Position numbers and translations under genes: made by a program. A stretch of DNA of 64,000 bases from Alphaproteobacteria bacterium. Its GTDB lineage: Bacteria; Pseudomonadota; Alphaproteobacteria; CAAHEQ01; UBA3637. Shown here in pieces: positions 58,715-64,000 of the stretch. Every line of letters begins with the position of its first letter. The first letter of the stretch is position 1. The stretch covers positions 31,863 to 95,862 of the forward strand of contig JAGDDD010000013.1 in assembly GCA_017958225.1 (NCBI GenBank), written 5' to 3'. A model generated the notes under the pieces. The model made no database searches and had not been told where the DNA came from. It was given only the letters and a program-made list of their open reading frames with translations.

Positions 58715-59389
58715 ATGGTAAAAAAACAGCAGCAAGATTTACAGGATTTACAACAAGAACTTTTGTGCCAGGAAGTGGATCAGGCTTTGTATGATGAAAA
58801 ATTACAAAACCTGTGGAAGAAATATCACAAGGCGCTTTTTGCGCTTGTCGCCGTGATTATTTTGGGCACTATCGGCATGGAAATGTGGTTGGGCTATCGC
58901 CACAATCGGCAAATGACCGAATCTGATACCTATGAAAAAGCCGCGATTTTGAACGCGCAAGGCAAGGCCGATGACGCGTTGGCGGTGTATGAGCAACTGG
59001 CAAAAATATCTTCGTCCGATTACCAAACTTTAGCAAAAATGCGCATGGTCGGTATTTTACAGGAAAAAGGTCAACCGGCCGAGGCTTTGCAAAAATTACA
59101 AGAGTTGCAGGCCGATTCGTCGGTGAGCCCTGTGTTGCATGATGCTTTAACCTTGGCTTTGGTGCGCATGCAGTTGGCCGAAAATCAAACCGTGCAACAA
59201 AATCTGCTCACACCTTATTTAAAGCCGACATCTTCCTGGTATGGTATGGCGGTGGAGTTGCAGGCGTTGATTTTTGTCAAACAACAGGAAAAAGCACAGG
59301 CGGTGTCTTTGATTGAACAGGCTTTGCCACAAACCAACGGGGCTGTGCGCGAACGCTTACAGGCTTTCTTGAACACATTGAAAAAATAA
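58715..59389 (+). CDS. Membrane-anchored TPR-like protein, YfgM family (upstream of der as in other proteobacteria)
   Basis: Single TM (LFALVAVIILGTIGM) followed by a TPR-like domain. Synteny with der. Confidence 0.5.
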   Translation: MVKKQQQDLQDLQQELLCQEVDQALYDEKLQNLWKKYHKALFALVAVIILGTIGMEMWLGYRHNRQMTESDTYEKAAILNAQGKADDALAVYEQLAKISSSDYQTLAKMRMVGILQEKGQPAEALQKLQELQADSSVSPVLHDALTLALVRMQLAENQTVQQNLLTPYLKPTSSWYGMAVELQALIFVKQQEKAQAVSLIEQALPQTNGAVRERLQAFLNTLKK

Positions 59390-59390
59390 G

Positions 59391-60701
59391 ATGACAGTTG
59401 TAGCAATCGTCGGGAAAACAAATGTAGGCAAGTCCACATTTTTTAATCGTTTGTGTGGGCGTAAGACGGCTATTGTCCATGATCAGCCCGGCGTTACACG
59501 CGATTGGCGAGAGGGAAAGGCCAGATTGGCTGACCTGCAATTTACTTTGTTAGATACGGCCGGCTTGGAAGCGTCTTCCGAACTGTCCGAGGATATGTGG
59601 GCGCAGACACAAAAAGCCATGCAACAGGCGGATGTGATTTTAATGATGGTGGATGGGCGCGCCGATATTTCTGCACTGGATAGACGACTAGCCCAACTGG
59701 TGCGTCAAGCACAAAAACCTTATTTTTTATTAGTCAATAAATGTGAAAGTCAGACTTTTCCGGAAGAAGCCTACAGTTTAGGGTTGGGCGATCCGTTACC
59801 GGTGTCCGGTGCGCATGGTTTGGGCTTGGCTGAACTTTACCAGGTGTTACAACCACATATTACAGAAGACGCCGATACGCCGAAACAAGCCTTGAAATTA
59901 GCGGTGGTCGGTCGGCCTAATGTCGGTAAATCTACGTTGGTCAATGCCTTGTTGAAACAAGAGCGTATGCTGACCGGTGCGCAAGCGGGCGTGACGCGTG
60001 ATGCTATCTCTACGGTCTTTACATGGCAAGATCAGGTCGTGGAATTGACAGATACCGCCGGTATGCGTCGGCGCAGCAAACAAGATGATGTGTTGGAACA
60101 ATTGGCTGCACAAGACAGCGTGCGTGCTTTAAATCAGGCGCAAGTTGTCGTTGTGGTGTTAGATGCGCAGAAACTTTTTGAAAAACAAGATTTACAAATT
60201 GCCCGACAGGTTGTGGATGAAGGGCGTGCCTTGGTGATTGCGCTCAATAAATGGGATTTGATTAAAGATAAAAACAGCGCATTGTCGGAACTCAATCAGC
60301 AACTGCAGGCGTCGTTACAACAGGTCAAAGGTGTGGCCTGTGTGCCCATTTCTGCGGTTAAAAAGACAGGGTTAGACGATTTGATGAAGGCAATGTTTCA
60401 CGCCTATGCGCTGTGGAACAAGCGTGTGCCGACGCATAAACTGAACGATTGGCTGAAAAAAATGACCGAGAAAATGCCACCCCCTGTGGCGAAAAACGGT
60501 CGGCGTATTCCTATGCGCTATATGACACAAGTCGGTGTGCGTCCGCCGACCTTTGTGATTTTTTCGTCTAATCCAGCCGAATTGCCCGAATCGTATTTGC
60601 GCTATCTGACCAATGGGTTGAGAACAGATTACGGGTTGATGGGCGTGCCTATTCGTTTGAATATGCGCAAGCGTCAGAATCCTTATGCCAAAAATGCTTG
60701 A
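59391..60701 (+). CDS. der: Ribosome-associated GTPase Der (EngA), tandem GTPase domains + KH-like domain
   Basis: Two G1 motifs (GKTNVGKST, GRPNVGKST). Confidence 0.9.
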   Translation: MTVVAIVGKTNVGKSTFFNRLCGRKTAIVHDQPGVTRDWREGKARLADLQFTLLDTAGLEASSELSEDMWAQTQKAMQQADVILMMVDGRADISALDRRLAQLVRQAQKPYFLLVNKCESQTFPEEAYSLGLGDPLPVSGAHGLGLAELYQVLQPHITEDADTPKQALKLAVVGRPNVGKSTLVNALLKQERMLTGAQAGVTRDAISTVFTWQDQVVELTDTAGMRRRSKQDDVLEQLAAQDSVRALNQAQVVVVVLDAQKLFEKQDLQIARQVVDEGRALVIALNKWDLIKDKNSALSELNQQLQASLQQVKGVACVPISAVKKTGLDDLMKAMFHAYALWNKRVPTHKLNDWLKKMTEKMPPPVAKNGRRIPMRYMTQVGVRPPTFVIFSSNPAELPESYLRYLTNGLRTDYGLMGVPIRLNMRKRQNPYAKNA

Positions 60702-60736
60702 CAGGTGCGCTATCGGTCAGTAAAATCGAGTTCGTT

Positions 60737-61021
60737 ATGAAAAAATACTTATGTATTGCTTTTGCGCTTTTAACCGCTTGTATGCCGGAACGTCAGGACA
60801 ACCTGATTTTGAGCATGGCACAACCGTCATCTATTAATGTTTTGCAACAGAAAACAACGGAGCAGGTAGCGCAATTGTTGGGCGAGCCCACATTTGTGCG
60901 TCGTGAAGAGCCCAATCAATCGTGGGTGTATCGTGGGCGTGATTGCGTGTTGTTTGTCTTTTTTGATCAAGACGGTATCGCCTCTTACACCGAGGCCAAA
61001 GGCAACTGCCCGTCGTCCTAA
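60737..61021 (+). CDS. Small putative lipoprotein (LLTAC lipobox)
   Basis: MKKYLCIAFALLTAC signal/lipobox. The ATG at 60737 is preferred over the track start. Confidence 0.4.
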   Translation: MKKYLCIAFALLTACMPERQDNLILSMAQPSSINVLQQKTTEQVAQLLGEPTFVRREEPNQSWVYRGRDCVLFVFFDQDGIASYTEAKGNCPSS

Positions 61022-62328
61022 TTATTTTCCGGTAAGCGTTTGATGTTGGCGCCACAGGCTTGGAGTTTGCCGACCAGGTTATCATACCCTCTGTCCAAAT
61101 GATACACGCGATGGACGGTCGTTGTGCCTTGCGCGGCTAAACCGGCCAAAATCAAAGCGGCGGAAGCGCGCAAATCCGAGGCCATAACAGGCGCGCCAAT
61201 CAAGTGATCTACGCCTTTGACAACCGCGGTATTTTTATCTTTGAGTTGTATGTGTGCGCCCATGCGGGCCAATTCCGGCACATGCATAAATCTGTTTTCA
61301 TAAATCGTTTCCGTTACCGACGATTCGCCGGCGGCCAAGGTCATTAAAGCCATCAATTGCGCCTGGTCATCTGTCGGAAAGCCCGGGTATTCTTTCGTTG
61401 TAACACGAACCGGTTTAAGCGGCCATATATTGTTTGACACCGTAATCGAATCTTGAGCGGTTTGAATATTGACACCTGCCGATGTTAAAACATCCAACAC
61501 ATTTTGCAACAATTCGGCTTTGATGTTGGTGAGAGTCAATTGCCCTTGGGTAATAGCGGCAGCAATCGCATATGTGGCGGCCTCAACACGATCGGAAATC
61601 ACCGCATAAGTCGTGCCATGTAGCCGTTCTACGCCTTCTATTACCAAATGCGGCGTGCCAATGCCGGAGATTTTCGCGCCCATAGACACCAAACAATTCG
61701 CCAAGTCGGTGACTTCCGGCTCGATGGCGGCGTAGTCAATTGCTGTGCGTCCTTTGGCTAAAACCGAGGCCATCAACGCGTTCATTGTGGCGCCGACGCT
61801 GGGTTTGAACGTGGATGTATCATAAAAAGGCGTGACCAACGTGCCCGGCCCAAACGATAAGTGAGCGCCTTTTAACCCGTCTTTGGCTTGGCACTCAACA
61901 TAACCGCCGACCATGTCAATGTTGGCGCCTAACTGATGCACAACATACAAATGTCGATCCACCGCGCGCACGCCGATAGCGCAACCGCCGGGCATAGATA
62001 CGCGCGCTTGCCCGAAGCGTCCGACCAAAGGACCCAGCACCCAAAAGGAAGCCCGCATGGTCGAGACCAATTCATAAGGCGCTTCAAACTGTGTGATGTT
62101 ATCCGCCTGTAAGGTCATTGTTGTCCCGTTGCGGGTAATCTTCATGCCAAAATGTTCCAACACTTTTTGCATGGTGCGAATATCGGCCAATTCGGGCACA
62201 TCTTGTAAAACGACCGGTTCGGCGGTCAATAGCGCACACGCCATCAAAGGCAGAGCCGCATTTTTGGCGCCGCTGATTCGTATAGAGCCTTGCAGTTTTT
62301 GTCCGCCGACGATTTCTATTTTATCCAT
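61018..62328 (-). CDS. murA: UDP-N-acetylglucosamine 1-carboxyvinyltransferase
   Basis: MDKIEIVGGQKLQGSIRISGAKNAALP... Full-length MurA. Confidence 0.95.
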   Translation of the reverse strand: MDKIEIVGGQKLQGSIRISGAKNAALPLMACALLTAEPVVLQDVPELADIRTMQKVLEHFGMKITRNGTTMTLQADNITQFEAPYELVSTMRASFWVLGPLVGRFGQARVSMPGGCAIGVRAVDRHLYVVHQLGANIDMVGGYVECQAKDGLKGAHLSFGPGTLVTPFYDTSTFKPSVGATMNALMASVLAKGRTAIDYAAIEPEVTDLANCLVSMGAKISGIGTPHLVIEGVERLHGTTYAVISDRVEAATYAIAAAITQGQLTLTNIKAELLQNVLDVLTSAGVNIQTAQDSITVSNNIWPLKPVRVTTKEYPGFPTDDQAQLMALMTLAAGESSVTETIYENRFMHVPELARMGAHIQLKDKNTAVVKGVDHLIGAPVMASDLRASAALILAGLAAQGTTTVHRVYHLDRGYDNLVGKLQACGANIKRLPENN

Positions 62329-62884
62329 TTTTTGCTTCCTGTTGTTGTTTTCTTAATTGAAGGTTTCTGCGCAGCAAGGCTGCTTCTTTGTCAAATTTGT
62401 TTTGCGCTTTTTCGTTGCGTTCGGTCGTCGGCACAGGGGCAGTATTCGGCGTATCCACAATAAAAGTCGCCGGCCCGTCGTTGATGAGTTCTACCTGCAT
62501 ATCGGCTTGAAAAATGCCGGTTTGAACGGGGATGTGCCACGCGTCAAACGCTTTTGTGAATTGGGTATAAAGGCGTTTCGCCATGGAAGGTGCCCCCGCC
62601 TGAACAAACGAAGGACGACGCCCTTTGCCGCAATCACCATATAAAGTGAATTGAGAAATCGCTAACACCGAGCCTTTGATGTCTTGTATGGACAGATTCA
62701 TTTTCGCGTTTTCATCTTCAAAAATACGCAAGAACGCAATTTTTTCGGCCATCCACGCGACTTCTTTGTCGGTGTCCGTCGGGCTGACCGCCAAGAAAAC
62801 GCACAGGCCTTGTTGTATTTTTCCGGTGATTTTTCCATCAACGCGGACATTGGCTTTTTTAACACGCTGAATAACAGCCCTCAT
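62321..62884 (-). CDS. dtd: D-aminoacyl-tRNA deacylase with a ~40-aa basic/coiled C-terminal extension
   Basis: SQFTL and NDGPATF motifs. Confidence 0.85.
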   Translation of the reverse strand: MRAVIQRVKKANVRVDGKITGKIQQGLCVFLAVSPTDTDKEVAWMAEKIAFLRIFEDENAKMNLSIQDIKGSVLAISQFTLYGDCGKGRRPSFVQAGAPSMAKRLYTQFTKAFDAWHIPVQTGIFQADMQVELINDGPATFIVDTPNTAPVPTTERNEKAQNKFDKEAALLRRNLQLRKQQQEAKNG

Positions 62885-62990
62885 TTGTTTCTCCGTTTGT
62901 CAATTTGGTTTTTTTATACTCTGTTTAAGGGGATTTTGCAAATAAAAAATAACTGTTGCGATGGGGGATTTTTTCCGCTATGATGCAAGC

Positions 62991-64000
62991 ATGAAACGAA
63001 GTTGGTTACTCAATGTTATTTCCACGCTTGGCAGCCTGTTCTTCTTCGGCTGCTTTGTTGTTTTGGTGTTAGCGTTAGGCATTGTTGTGCATTATAGCCG
63101 CGATTTGCCGGATTATCGCCAATTGGAAGATTACAAGCCGCTGATTACGACCCGCCTGTATGCCGGTAACGGACAGCGCCTGATGGAATATGCCACAGAG
63201 CGCCGCATTTTTGTGCCTATCGAATCTGTGCCCGAAAAATTAAAACAGGCCTTTATTTCTGCCGAGGATAAAAACTTTTATCAACATAACGGTGTCGATT
63301 TTTGGGGCGTGCTGCGCGCCTTGATGACTAACGTCGGCAATATCGGAGAATCGAAACGTTTGGTTGGCGCATCCACCATTACGCAACAGGTGGCCAAGAA
63401 CTTCTTTTTGACTAACGAAAAATCTTTTTCACGCAAAATTAAAGAAGCGTTGTTAGCCAGAAAAATGGAAAACGCTTTTGATAAAAATCATATTTTGGAA
63501 CTTTACCTCAATCAGATTTTTTTAGGTATGCGCTCATATGGTGTGGCGGCCGCGGCGTTGGCCTATTTTGATAAATCGTTGGATGAGCTCGACTTGAGCG
63601 AAATGGCGTTTCTGGCCGGTTTGCCCAAAGGGCCGAACAATTACAATCCCATCAAAAATCCAGAAGGCGCCAAAGCGCGTCGCGATTATGTTTTGGATCG
63701 TATGTATAGCAACGGATATATTACCGCACAGGAAAAAGACGAGGCACAAAATCAGCCGCTGGTCGTGGCAAAAACAGGTGCTGCGCAGGCCGTGCCTGAT
63801 GCTGATTTTTACAGCGAAGAAATTCGCCGTCTGATCGTGGAAAAATATGGCGATGACGCTTTATATCAGGGTGGTTTGGCCGTGCGGGCCGCCATAGATC
63901 CGACCTTGCAGGCTTATGCTGTCAAAGCGTTGCGCGACGGTCTGTTTGCCTATGACAAACGCCACGGATATCGGGGCGCGTTTGCGCATATCAAAGACAT
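62991..64000 (+). CDS. mrcA: Penicillin-binding protein 1A (5' part, continues beyond the window). Transglycosylase domain
   Basis: N-terminal TM, then glycosyltransferase family 51 motifs (EDKNFYQHNGVD, RKIKEALLA, EAAAL...). Runs off the window end, so absent from the ORF track. Confidence 0.85.
   Translation, partial: MKRSWLLNVISTLGSLFFFGCFVVLVLALGIVVHYSRDLPDYRQLEDYKPLITTRLYAGNGQRLMEYATERRIFVPIESVPEKLKQAFISAEDKNFYQHNGVDFWGVLRALMTNVGNIGESKRLVGASTITQQVAKNFFLTNEKSFSRKIKEALLARKMENAFDKNHILELYLNQIFLGMRSYGVAAAALAYFDKSLDELDLSEMAFLAGLPKGPNNYNPIKNPEGAKARRDYVLDRMYSNGYITAQEKDEAQNQPLVVAKTGAAQAVPDADFYSEEIRRLIVEKYGDDALYQGGLAVRAAIDPTLQAYAVKALRDGLFAYDKRHGYRGAFAHIKD

Overview
This 64-kb window looks like a chromosomal segment of an alphaproteobacterium. 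The evidence is a clear GcrA cell-cycle regulator, the rpsT-dnaA arrangement, and Lys/Ala/Pro-rich low-complexity extensions on several proteins. It likely has a host-associated lifestyle: Sel1, TPR and MORN repeat proteins, a lipid-scavenging LplT-PlsC-Aas fusion, and an orphan type IV coupling protein.

The housekeeping backbone (minus-strand genes marked -) comprises:
- eno(-), secG(-), tpiA(-)
- a sodium-pumping oxaloacetate decarboxylase operon oadGAB
- ppdK
- RNase P RNA rnpB(-), which is not in the ORF track; divergent from it: rplM-rpsI
- rpsF-rpsR-rplI-rpsU, followed by tRNA-Ser(GGA)
- ibpA(-), dnaA(-), rpsT(-)
- glgP, trmB, udg(-)
- an EAL phosphodiesterase, nth, gcrA, polA
- yfgM-like, der, murA(-), dtd(-)
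- the 5' part of mrcA

The most unusual region starts right after tRNA-Ser, at about 24.4-40.1 kb. It holds five tandem paralogs of a large polytopic, Cys-motif membrane protein family, tentatively VirB6/TrbL-like. The first three are each preceded by a conserved ~40-bp palindromic promoter/operator, and a fourth copy of that motif sits in front of a dual-HTH XRE regulator. These are followed by a very acidic Glu/Pro/Ala-repeat protein, a small secretin-like exported protein and a single-TM protein. None of this is explained by a known operon layout.

A second accessory module lies at 11.6-16.1 kb. It is an orphan VirD4/TraG-family coupling protein, preceded by a membrane protein and followed by two small proteins, one of which looks SUKH-like.

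All calls come from reading the sequence and ORF translations. No database searches were run.
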